A stretch of 64,000 nt of DNA. Origin: Planctomycetota bacterium. GTDB taxonomy: Bacteria; Planctomycetota; B15-G4; SIAN01. Position 1 is the first letter of the stretch. Each line of letters opens with the position of its first letter. Below the pieces are notes generated by a model that was not told the DNA's origin, made no database searches, and saw nothing but the letters and a program-made list of their open reading frames with translations. The DNA lies in the NCBI GenBank assembly GCA_031409275.1, contig JANNXA010000024.1, forward strand, positions 32,001 to 96,000, given 5' to 3'. Positions 1-8,062 of this stretch are shown here, one piece after another. The position numbers were made by a program, and so were the translations under genes.

Positions 1-854
1 CCCGCCGCCCGCTCCTCTCGTCGCCAACCGCCGCGCAGCCGACCGATCAGTCGCGCGGGCCAATCGGGCGCGAAGAAGAGGGTCGTCGCCGCGATGGCGA
101 GCCACGGAAAGATGCCGATGTCGAAGAGGGCGGCATTGGCGAGGTGGAACGCGGTCAGCGCCAGGAACATCGCCAACCGCGTGCGCCGCCAGCAGAGCAG
201 CGGCACCGCCAGCAGATCGAGCAGCAACCCCGACCAGCTCATCAGCCACGGCGCCAGCGGATGGAGCAGCAGCGAGCCGACGACGGGCAGCTCGCCGCGG
301 CTCTTCAGCCATTGGCGCAGCGGCTCGCCCTGCAGCCAATCGCTGTTGCACTTCGCCAACGCGGCGTAGCCGTAGACGATCGCCATCTGCGTCCGCAACA
401 GCAGCAGCGTGAGACGGGACGCGGGCCGCGAGCCGTGGCGCATCGCGCGCAACGACCACGCCCCATCGGTCGGCAGCCAGGCGAGCAGCAGCGCGAGGAG
501 CAGCACCAGATAGAGGTGGTTCAGGTAGCGCGCCTGCTCGAGCAGGAAGACGTAGCCGAACCCCGCGAAGAAGAGCAGCGCCGCCCACCGCGTCCACCAA
601 CCGATGGCGATCAGCGCTCCGCAAGCCGCGAGTCCAGCGAACAGTGCCTGCAGCCACGGTAGCGGAAGACGCTCGACCCACCCGAAGCCGAAGTAGTCGA
701 AGTGAAACGGGGGCGCGACGTAGTGCGACTCGATCCAGCCCGCGGTGAAGAAGCGCACCACTTCCCACACCATCAACCCGCCGAAGGCGATGCGGAAGAA
801 GGCGAGCGAGTGCGCCGGGATGGGTGCGGCGAGGCGCTCGCGCAGCCGTTCCAT
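1..854 (-). CDS. HTTM domain / vitamin K-dependent gamma-carboxylase-like membrane protein (runs off the window)
   Basis: Hand translation from ATG at 854 (absent from the ORF track): MERLRERLAAPIPAHSLAFFRIAFGGLM...FHFDYFGFGWV...FLLEQARYLNHLYL...QMAIVYGYAALAKCNSDWLQG...FHLANAALFDIGIFPW. These are HTTM motifs and the frame stays open to the window edge. Confidence 0.85.
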   Translation of the reverse strand, partial: MERLRERLAAPIPAHSLAFFRIAFGGLMVWEVVRFFTAGWIESHYVAPPFHFDYFGFGWVERLPLPWLQALFAGLAACGALIAIGWWTRWAALLFFAGFGYVFLLEQARYLNHLYLVLLLALLLAWLPTDGAWSLRAMRHGSRPASRLTLLLLRTQMAIVYGYAALAKCNSDWLQGEPLRQWLKSRGELPVVGSLLLHPLAPWLMSWSGLLLDLLAVPLLCWRRTRLAMFLALTAFHLANAALFDIGIFPWLAIAATTLFFAPDWPARLIGRLRGGWRREERAA

Positions 855-865
855 GAGGCGCCCCC

Positions 866-1471
866 TCAGCGGATCTTCGTGAGGTTCTGCACCTCGACCA
901 GCTTGCCGTGGAGGTCGAGCACGAAGGTCACCACCGCGCCCGGGACGATGCGCGCGACACCGTCGTCGCCCGGACGCTCCTGCACCCAGCGCGCGAGGAT
1001 GAAGTGCTGCTCGTGCTGGATCGTGTCGAAGCGCAGCGCACCGACGCCGTCGGGCAGCGCGAAGAGCGACGGATTCTTGTCGAGCAGCTGCTGCGTGAAG
1101 AGGCGAATCTGCGGATCGCCGAAGACGCCGGGGCCAAGCTTGCTCGACAGCGAGAAGCCCTTGATGGCGATCAAGCCGGCGATCGGCGCCGCGTCGGGAT
1201 CGTGCGACTCGATCTGCTGGAACTCGCGCAGGGTCCAGTCGACCGGCTGCCCATGGCGGCGGTCGCCGGCGGCGGCGAAGAAGCCGTCGTCATCGTCGTC
1301 GCAATCGTCGTCGTCATCGTCGAAGCCGTCATCGTCGTCGTCGAAGAAGTCATCATCGTCGCCATCGCAACCGCTGCGCACGCTGCAGCTCGCGCCGCCT
1401 AGCGCACCGGCCGCAAGCACCAGCACGGCGACCCTCCCGACCGTGCCGAACATCGCGCGCGCCGCGCTCAT
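866..1471 (-). CDS. Putative lipoprotein with poly-Asp tract and FTP (thermolysin propeptide)-like C-terminal domain
   Basis: 3' part of ORF 866..1690. Hydrophobic signal ending GGASC, then CDGDDDDFFDDDDDGFDDDDDDCDDDDDGFF, then a region resembling M4/M36 propeptides. Alternative start 1453. Confidence 0.7.
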   Translation of the reverse strand: MSAARAMFGTVGRVAVLVLAAGALGGASCSVRSGCDGDDDDFFDDDDDGFDDDDDDCDDDDDGFFAAAGDRRHGQPVDWTLREFQQIESHDPDAAPIAGLIAIKGFSLSSKLGPGVFGDPQIRLFTQQLLDKNPSLFALPDGVGALRFDTIQHEQHFILARWVQERPGDDGVARIVPGAVVTFVLDLHGKLVEVQNLTKIR

Positions 1472-1704
1472 GAGTCCGCTGCTGCCACGTTCCACGACTC
1501 GCTCCTCGCCTGCGCCTGCGCGCGAACGCCTCGCGAACGCGCGCTGCCCCCGCTCGTGTCGACGGCGATCAGAGCAAGGCGAGGGCCACCCCGTTGCAAC
1601 CTCCCCGCGTGAGCCGCCCCTGCCGCCACGGGCGGTTGCGATGCAAGATGGCGCGCTCGCAGCGCTCCGCCTGGCGCCGCACCAACGCAAGAGAGGGAAG
1701 AAGG

Positions 1705-4700
1705 ATGCGCACCGTCCTCGCGTTCGCGGCCATCGCCGCGTCGTCCGCTTCGCACCTCGCGGCGCAACAGCCGCCGCCGGCCTTCGCGACGCAGCAGCTT
1801 TCCGATCAGTTCCTGTGCGAAGGCGCTTCGTTCGGCGACTTCAACCGCGATGGCAAGGGCGACGTCGTATCGGGGCCCTACTGGTACGAGGGACCCGACT
1901 TCGCGAAGCGCCACGAGATCGCCGACCCCGTCGCCTACGACCCGCTCGGCTACTCGAAGAACTTCTTCGCCTTCCCGTTCGACTTCGACCGCGACGGCTG
2001 GCTCGACCTCTTCTTCGTCGGCTTTCCCGGCGAGCGCGCCTGGTGGGCGCAGAACCCGAAGGGCGAGGAGCGACGCTGGGTCGAGCACGACGTCTTCGCG
2101 ACCGTCGACAACGAGTCGCCCGCCTTCACCGACGTGACCGGCGACGGCCAGCCCGAGCTCGTCTGCATCAGCGGCGGCCGCTGGGGCTACGCGACGTTCG
2201 ACGCGAAGGAGCCCGCCAAGCCGTGGACTTTCCACGCGGCGTCGCCCGACCTCGGTCTGCAGCGATTCACGCACGGCCTGGGTCTCGGCGACCTGAATGG
2301 CGACGGCAAACCCGACCTGCTCGAGCGCACCGGCTGGTGGGAGCAGCCGAAGTCGCTGGCCGGCGATCCGCTCTGGACCCGGCACGACTTCCTCTTCTCC
2401 GCAGGCCACGGCGGCGCGCAGATGCTGGTGGACGACGTCGACGGCGATGGCGATGCCGACGTCATCTCGAGCCTGAACGCCCATGAGTGGGGCCTCTCCT
2501 GGTTCGAGCAGGTGAAGGACGCGAACGCGGCGATCACCTTCCTCGAACATCGCTTGATGAACTCGCCGACCGACCCGCATCCGAAGGACGTCTGCTTCTC
2601 CGAGCTGCACGCGTTGGCGCAGGCCGACATCGATGGCGATGGCCTGAAGGACTTCGTCACTGGCAAGCGCTTCTGGGCGCACGGCCCGACCGGCTCACCG
2701 GGTGCCGGCGATCCGGCGGTCCTCTACTGGTGGCAGCTGGTGCGCACGACGGCGGGCGGATCGGCCGGCCAGAGCGGCGCGGCGACGTTCGAACCGCATC
2801 TCATCGATGACGCGAGCGGCGTCGGCGTGCAGGTCGTCGCCGGCGACCTCAATGGCGACGGCAAGTGCGACGTCGTGGTCGGCAACAAGAAGGGGACGTT
2901 CGTCCACCTGCAGGTGACGGACTACGTCGATCGGGTCAAGCAGATCCTCGAGGAGAAGCGTCGCGAGCAGGAGAAGGCGCGCGGCGGGATCGTGCCGCAG
3001 GCGGCCACGACGCCGCGCCTCCACCCCGGCCGCGACGACGGCACGCTGCCGCTCGGGCTCGACGGCAAACCGCTCAACACCGACTTCGAGACGGGCGACC
3101 TGCGCGACTGGATCGCCGAGGGCGACGCCTTCGAAGGGCAGCCGATCCGCGGCGACTCACCCAAGGCACGCAGTCGCGAGTCGAGCCTCCACGACGGCGA
3201 CTGCTGGATCGGCGGCTACGAGAAGTTCGGTGACGATCGCCAGGGGACGCTGCTCTCGGCGCCGTTTCGCGTGACGCAGCCCTTCGCCAGCTTCCTGATC
3301 GGCGGCGGTCCGCACCCGACCACCGTCGCCGAGCTGCTGCGCTGCGACGCCGCAGGCGCGCCGCTCGACGCGCCGCCCTTCTTCCGCTGCTTTGGCGCGG
3401 GCTTCGAGTCGCTGCAGCCGATCGTCGTCGACCTTTCGCGCGAGCAAGGCAAGGTGATCCGCATCCGCCTCACCGACGCGCAGGGTGGCCATTGGGGGCA
3501 CGTCAACTTCGACGACTTCCGCGTGCACGCGAAGCGCCCGGAAGTGAAACGGCCGCCGGGCGTGCCGCTGATCCTCGAGCCTGATCCGCCGATCGCCAAT
3601 GGACTGGCACCGCAGGACGCGGCGAAGGCGATGAGCGTCGGGAACGGCTTCCACGTCGACCTCGTCGCCGCCGAGCCCGACCTCCATCAGCCGATCGCGC
3701 TGTGCGTCGACGCGAAGGGGCGCCTCTGGGTGGTCGAGGCGCACAGCTACCCGCAACGCGAGCCCGAAGGGCAAGGCAAGGACATCGTCCTGGTCTTCGA
3801 GGATCGCGACCTCGACGGGCGCTTCGAGACGCGCACCGAGTTCATGCAGGGGCTGAACCTCGTCTCCGGCCTCGAGGTCGGATTCGGCGGCGTCTTCATC
3901 GGCGCCTCGCCCTACCTCCTCTTCGTGCCGGACCGCAACGACGACCTCGTGCCTGACGGCGAGCCGGAAGTGCTGCTCGATGGCTGGCACTACGAGGACA
4001 CGCACGAGACGCTGAATGCCTTCGCGTGGGGCCCTGACGGCTGGCTCTACGGCTGCCACGGCGTGTTCACCCACTCGCGCGTCGGCAAGCCGGGCACACC
4101 CGACGCGCAACGCGTGCCGCTGAACGCCGCCGTCTGGCGCTACCACCCCCAGCGCCGCGATTTCGAGATCTTCGCGGAAGGGACCAGCAACCCTTGGGGG
4201 CTCGACTGGAACGACCAGGGCGAGGCGTTCATCAGCGCGTGCGTGATCCCGCACCTCTTCCATCTGGTGCCCGGCGGCCGCTACATCCGCCAGGCCGGCG
4301 GCCCGTTCAATCCCTACACCTACGTCGAGATCGACACGATCGCCGACCACCCGCACTATCCCGGCAACGATCCGTGGGGTGCCAACGGTCGCAGCCACGC
4401 GTTCGGTGGCGGCCACGCCCACTGCGGCGCGCTGATCTACCTCGCCGAGCAGTTCCCCGCCGAGTACCGCAACTCGATCTTCATGGGGAACATCCACGGC
4501 AACCGCGTGAATCGCGACCTGCTCGAACCCGACGGCTCCGGTTACGTCGGCCATCACGGCGCCGACTTCCTGCTGGCCAACGACAAGTGGTTCCGCCACA
4601 TCGCCAGCCGACTCGGCCCCGACGGCTCGATCTACATGATCGACTGGTACGACGCGCAGGCGTGCCACCACACCGACGACAAGATCTGGAATCGAACGAA

Positions 4701-7059
4701 CGGCCGCATGTACCGCGTGAGCTACGCGGCCGAAGGCGCGCCGGCGGCGGAACGACTGCCGGTCAACGTGCCGGCGATGGCCGAGAACGCGCTGCTGCGC
4801 GCGCAGGCCGACGCGAACGAGTTCTGGGTGCGCCGCAGCCGAGTCGAGCTGCAGCAACGCGGGCTCACTGCGAGTGGCGTCGCCACCGCCGAGCAGCTCT
4901 TCACGCTGCACGCCGATCCCACGCGTCGGCTGCGCGGACTGTGGCTGCTGCACGCGTGCGCGAAACTGCGGGACGAGCTGGCGCTCGCAGAGCTTCAGAA
5001 GGACAGCGACGCTCACGTCCGCGGCTGGATCGTCCGACTCCTGGCCGAAGACCACCAGGTGAGCGCGGAGGCGTTGGCGCAGTTCACGAAGCTGGCCAAG
5101 GACGATCCCTCGCCGATCGTGCGCCGCGAGATCGCCTCGGCACTGCAACGGCTGCCGCTCGAACAGCGCTGGGCCCCGCTCGCCGCGTTGCTCGCCCACG
5201 GCGAGGACAAGGACGACCGCAATCTGCCGGCGCTCTGCTGGTACGCGCTCGAGCCACTGGTGGGTGCCGACCCGGCGCGCGCGTTCGCACTGCTGCCCGG
5301 CATCGCGCACGAATCGCTGCACGAGCTGGTGATCCGCCGCGCCGCAGCCGATCCGCGCTGCCACGACGCGCTCATCCTCGCGCTCACGTTCCTGCCGGAG
5401 CCCGGCGCGCAGCGCTGGCTGCTCGACACGATGCACGGCGAACTCGAGGAGCAGCGCGGCCTCGCCACGCCAGCGGGCTGGCCGGCCGTCTACGCGAAGC
5501 TGAAGGCGCAGCCGGAGACTGCGCGCGCGGCCTTGCAGGTCGCGCTCGACTTCGGCGATCGCTCGGCGGTGCCGGAGCTGCGCGCCGCCGCCGCCGAGAA
5601 GGGCGCCGAGATCGAGTGGCGACGGCAGGCGATCGCGGCGCTCGCCCAGCTGAAGGACGGCGAGTCGGTCCGCGGCCTGATCGAGCTGATCGGCGAGCGC
5701 GAAGTGCGCCGCGACGCGCTGCGCGCGCTGGCGAGCTTCGACGACGGCACGATTCCGATGCTGGTGCTGCTCGGCTACGAGCAGTTCGACGCCACCGAGC
5801 GGCGCGAGGCGATCGACACGCTCACCGCGCGCGTCGAGTGGGCGAGGTTGCTGACCGTCGCCATCGGCGGCGGCAAGGTGGCGCGCGGCGAGTTGCACGC
5901 CACCGCGCTGCGCCGCATGCGCGATTTCAAGGACAAGGACCTCGACACGCTGATCGCCGCCAACATCGGCCTCGTCCGCGACACTCCCGAAGAGAAGCAG
6001 AAGCGGATCGCCGAGCTGAAAGCGGGACTGACCGCCGATGCGCTCGCCCGCGCCGACCTCGAGCACGGCCGCGCGCTCTTCGCCGCCACCTGCATGAAGT
6101 GCCACGCGCTGCTCGGCGTCGGCGGGAAGATCGCCCCCGACCTGACCGGCTCGAATCGCGCCGATCTCGATTACCTGCTGACCAACGTGATCGACCCGAA
6201 CCAGGTGATCGGCAAGGATTACCTGGTGACCAACGCCTTCCTGAAGGACGGCCGCATCGTCAGCGGCATCGTGCTGCGGGAGAACGACAGCGCCGTCACG
6301 TTGCAGGCGGAGAACGACGTCGTGACGGTCGCGCGCGCCGATCTGCAGTCGCTCAAGCCGAGCAAGGTGTCACTGATGCCGGAAGGGCAGCTCGACACCT
6401 TCGCGCCCGACGCGATCCGCGACCTCATCGCCTACCTGCAGAGCGGCTCGCAAGTGGCGATGCAGGCAACGGCGGCGACAGCCCCTTACCTCTTCGACGG
6501 CAAGAGCCTCGCGTTGTGGCGTGGCGACCTCGCGCTCTTCAGCGTGGAGAGCGGCGAGATCGTCGGTCGCACGACGACCGGCATCGACCACAACGCCTTC
6601 CTCCTCTCCGATCTCGTGGTGGGTGACTTCGCGCTCTCGCTCGAGGTTCGCCTCGTCGGCGACGCGGGCAACAGCGGGATCCAGTTCCGCAGCGTGCCGG
6701 TCGGCGACGATCCGTTGCGCTTCGAGATGAAGGGCTACCAGGCCGACATCGGGCCGGGCTGGTGGGGCAAGCTCTACGAGGAGCTCGGCCGCGCGATCCT
6801 CTCCGAGGTTTCGGGCGAACCGCACGTCGTGAAGGATGGCTGGAACCGCTACGAGATCGTCGCCACCGGCGGTCGCGTGCGCACCCGCATCAACGGCCAT
6901 GTGACCACCGACCTCGACGATCCGGAGGGTGCGCGGCGCGGGCAGATCGCGCTGCAGATCCATTCGGGCGGACCGACCGAGGTGCGCTTCCGGAAGCTCG
7001 AACTGGTGGTCGATCCGCCGGCGCTGCCGGCCGTGGGCGTCGACGCAGGAGCACGGTGA
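1705..7059 (+). CDS. PVC-type heme-binding CxxCH membrane-bound dehydrogenase-like protein (FG-GAP repeats, beta-propeller, HEAT repeats, cytochrome c, DUF1080)
   Basis: Signal peptide MRTVLAFAAIAA; DxNxDG repeats; LNAFAWGPDGWLYGCHG and GTSNPWGLDWN; HEAT-like repeats; CMKCH..GGKIAPDLT..SLMPEG; C-terminal GNSGIQFRS..GYQADIG..IALQIH. Confidence 0.9.
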   Translation: MRTVLAFAAIAASSASHLAAQQPPPAFATQQLSDQFLCEGASFGDFNRDGKGDVVSGPYWYEGPDFAKRHEIADPVAYDPLGYSKNFFAFPFDFDRDGWLDLFFVGFPGERAWWAQNPKGEERRWVEHDVFATVDNESPAFTDVTGDGQPELVCISGGRWGYATFDAKEPAKPWTFHAASPDLGLQRFTHGLGLGDLNGDGKPDLLERTGWWEQPKSLAGDPLWTRHDFLFSAGHGGAQMLVDDVDGDGDADVISSLNAHEWGLSWFEQVKDANAAITFLEHRLMNSPTDPHPKDVCFSELHALAQADIDGDGLKDFVTGKRFWAHGPTGSPGAGDPAVLYWWQLVRTTAGGSAGQSGAATFEPHLIDDASGVGVQVVAGDLNGDGKCDVVVGNKKGTFVHLQVTDYVDRVKQILEEKRREQEKARGGIVPQAATTPRLHPGRDDGTLPLGLDGKPLNTDFETGDLRDWIAEGDAFEGQPIRGDSPKARSRESSLHDGDCWIGGYEKFGDDRQGTLLSAPFRVTQPFASFLIGGGPHPTTVAELLRCDAAGAPLDAPPFFRCFGAGFESLQPIVVDLSREQGKVIRIRLTDAQGGHWGHVNFDDFRVHAKRPEVKRPPGVPLILEPDPPIANGLAPQDAAKAMSVGNGFHVDLVAAEPDLHQPIALCVDAKGRLWVVEAHSYPQREPEGQGKDIVLVFEDRDLDGRFETRTEFMQGLNLVSGLEVGFGGVFIGASPYLLFVPDRNDDLVPDGEPEVLLDGWHYEDTHETLNAFAWGPDGWLYGCHGVFTHSRVGKPGTPDAQRVPLNAAVWRYHPQRRDFEIFAEGTSNPWGLDWNDQGEAFISACVIPHLFHLVPGGRYIRQAGGPFNPYTYVEIDTIADHPHYPGNDPWGANGRSHAFGGGHAHCGALIYLAEQFPAEYRNSIFMGNIHGNRVNRDLLEPDGSGYVGHHGADFLLANDKWFRHIASRLGPDGSIYMIDWYDAQACHHTDDKIWNRTNGRMYRVSYAAEGAPAAERLPVNVPAMAENALLRAQADANEFWVRRSRVELQQRGLTASGVATAEQLFTLHADPTRRLRGLWLLHACAKLRDELALAELQKDSDAHVRGWIVRLLAEDHQVSAEALAQFTKLAKDDPSPIVRREIASALQRLPLEQRWAPLAALLAHGEDKDDRNLPALCWYALEPLVGADPARAFALLPGIAHESLHELVIRRAAADPRCHDALILALTFLPEPGAQRWLLDTMHGELEEQRGLATPAGWPAVYAKLKAQPETARAALQVALDFGDRSAVPELRAAAAEKGAEIEWRRQAIAALAQLKDGESVRGLIELIGEREVRRDALRALASFDDGTIPMLVLLGYEQFDATERREAIDTLTARVEWARLLTVAIGGGKVARGELHATALRRMRDFKDKDLDTLIAANIGLVRDTPEEKQKRIAELKAGLTADALARADLEHGRALFAATCMKCHALLGVGGKIAPDLTGSNRADLDYLLTNVIDPNQVIGKDYLVTNAFLKDGRIVSGIVLRENDSAVTLQAENDVVTVARADLQSLKPSKVSLMPEGQLDTFAPDAIRDLIAYLQSGSQVAMQATAATAPYLFDGKSLALWRGDLALFSVESGEIVGRTTTGIDHNAFLLSDLVVGDFALSLEVRLVGDAGNSGIQFRSVPVGDDPLRFEMKGYQADIGPGWWGKLYEELGRAILSEVSGEPHVVKDGWNRYEIVATGGRVRTRINGHVTTDLDDPEGARRGQIALQIHSGGPTEVRFRKLELVVDPPALPAVGVDAGAR

Positions 7060-7158
7060 GGCGGCGACCGAAACGGCGCTACACCGGTGCCGCAAGTGCG
7101 CTCGGGATAGGCTCCTGCCCTCGTTCCCGACTCGAACCCCCTTCTCGCGAGGCCCACG

Positions 7159-7467
7159 ATGATCGTCCACATGGTGCTGCTCAAGGTGAAGAAGAGCGTC
7201 CGCAAGCCGAAGATCGCGGCGGTCATGGACTCGATCGCGGCGCTGAGCGAAGTCGTGAAGGGGATGACGTCGTTCAGCTGGGGTCCCTACTCCTCGCCCG
7301 AAGGGCTGAACCAGGGCTTCACGCACGCTTTCTGTTCGACGTTCCGCAACGCCAAGGCGCGCGACGCCTATCTGGTCCATCCGGCCCACGAAGCGGTGAA
7401 GGCGGACGTCCTCGCCATCCTCGACGGCGGGCTCGACGCGGTGATCGCCTTCGACTACGAGGAGTGA
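7159..7467 (+). CDS. Dabb family (stress-responsive A/B barrel) protein
   Basis: MIVHMVLLK...SPEGLNQGFTHAF...RDAYLVHPAH...AFDY. Confidence 0.9.
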   Translation: MIVHMVLLKVKKSVRKPKIAAVMDSIAALSEVVKGMTSFSWGPYSSPEGLNQGFTHAFCSTFRNAKARDAYLVHPAHEAVKADVLAILDGGLDAVIAFDYEE

Positions 7468-7491
7468 ACGAGGGCGCGAGCCGCCGCGCCG

Positions 7492-8052
7492 TCACCCACC
7501 CGCGACCGTGTTCGGCGTCGCGCCGCCGCCGGTGGCGGGCGCCTGCGGGGTGATCCACTCCGCGACCAAGGCGATGCGACCGGACGCCCCGCCCGCTCCT
7601 TCGACGACCCAGCTCGAGCCGCCGCTGCCGCGCTCGAGTTCGAACAGCCGCGTGCAGCGATGGCTGCCGTCGGGCATCACGAGGCAGATGGTCGACGGCG
7701 CAGCCGGTGCCAACGTCGGCACGAAGCCAAGCTCCGTCTGCAGCTGCTGCGGGGTCGGGGCGCGCGCGAGCGCGGTGGTCACCAGGTTGCGCAGCGTCGC
7801 GAGGTCAGGGTCGCAGCAGTTGGGCCCGAGCGGCAGCGTCAACGCCTCCCAGCGCGTCTGCACCTCGGCGAGGCGCGCGGTCCGGAACGGCGCCAGCAGC
7901 TGCTCCTTCACCGCCTGCTGATCGAGCGGCGAGCGCGACTGAAACGGCGGTTGGCCGCTCGTCGGATCGACGGTCAACGAGAACGAGAGGCGGCAGGAAA
8001 CCGTCGTCGCGGGCATCGCGGGGTCCTCGCGGGCAGGCGGGGTCGTGGACAC
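7492..8052 (-). CDS. Hypothetical protein, 10 bp downstream of the kinase gene
   Basis: 186-aa ORF with plausible composition, tightly spaced behind the kinase on the same strand. Confidence 0.55.
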   Translation of the reverse strand: MSTTPPAREDPAMPATTVSCRLSFSLTVDPTSGQPPFQSRSPLDQQAVKEQLLAPFRTARLAEVQTRWEALTLPLGPNCCDPDLATLRNLVTTALARAPTPQQLQTELGFVPTLAPAAPSTICLVMPDGSHRCTRLFELERGSGGSSWVVEGAGGASGRIALVAEWITPQAPATGGGATPNTVAGG

Positions 8053-8062
8053 TGGCGCGAAA

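Noticed and set aside
702..2486. Poly-Ser ORF on the plus strand
   Set aside because: It is the antisense reading of the poly-Asp tract and an off-frame overlap of the dehydrogenase gene.
3157..6105. Long antisense or alternate-frame ORFs (also 13098-15458, 38196-40610, 54014-56998 and others)
   Set aside because: These are shadows of real genes, expected at high GC. They are Arg/Ala-rich and carry no motifs.
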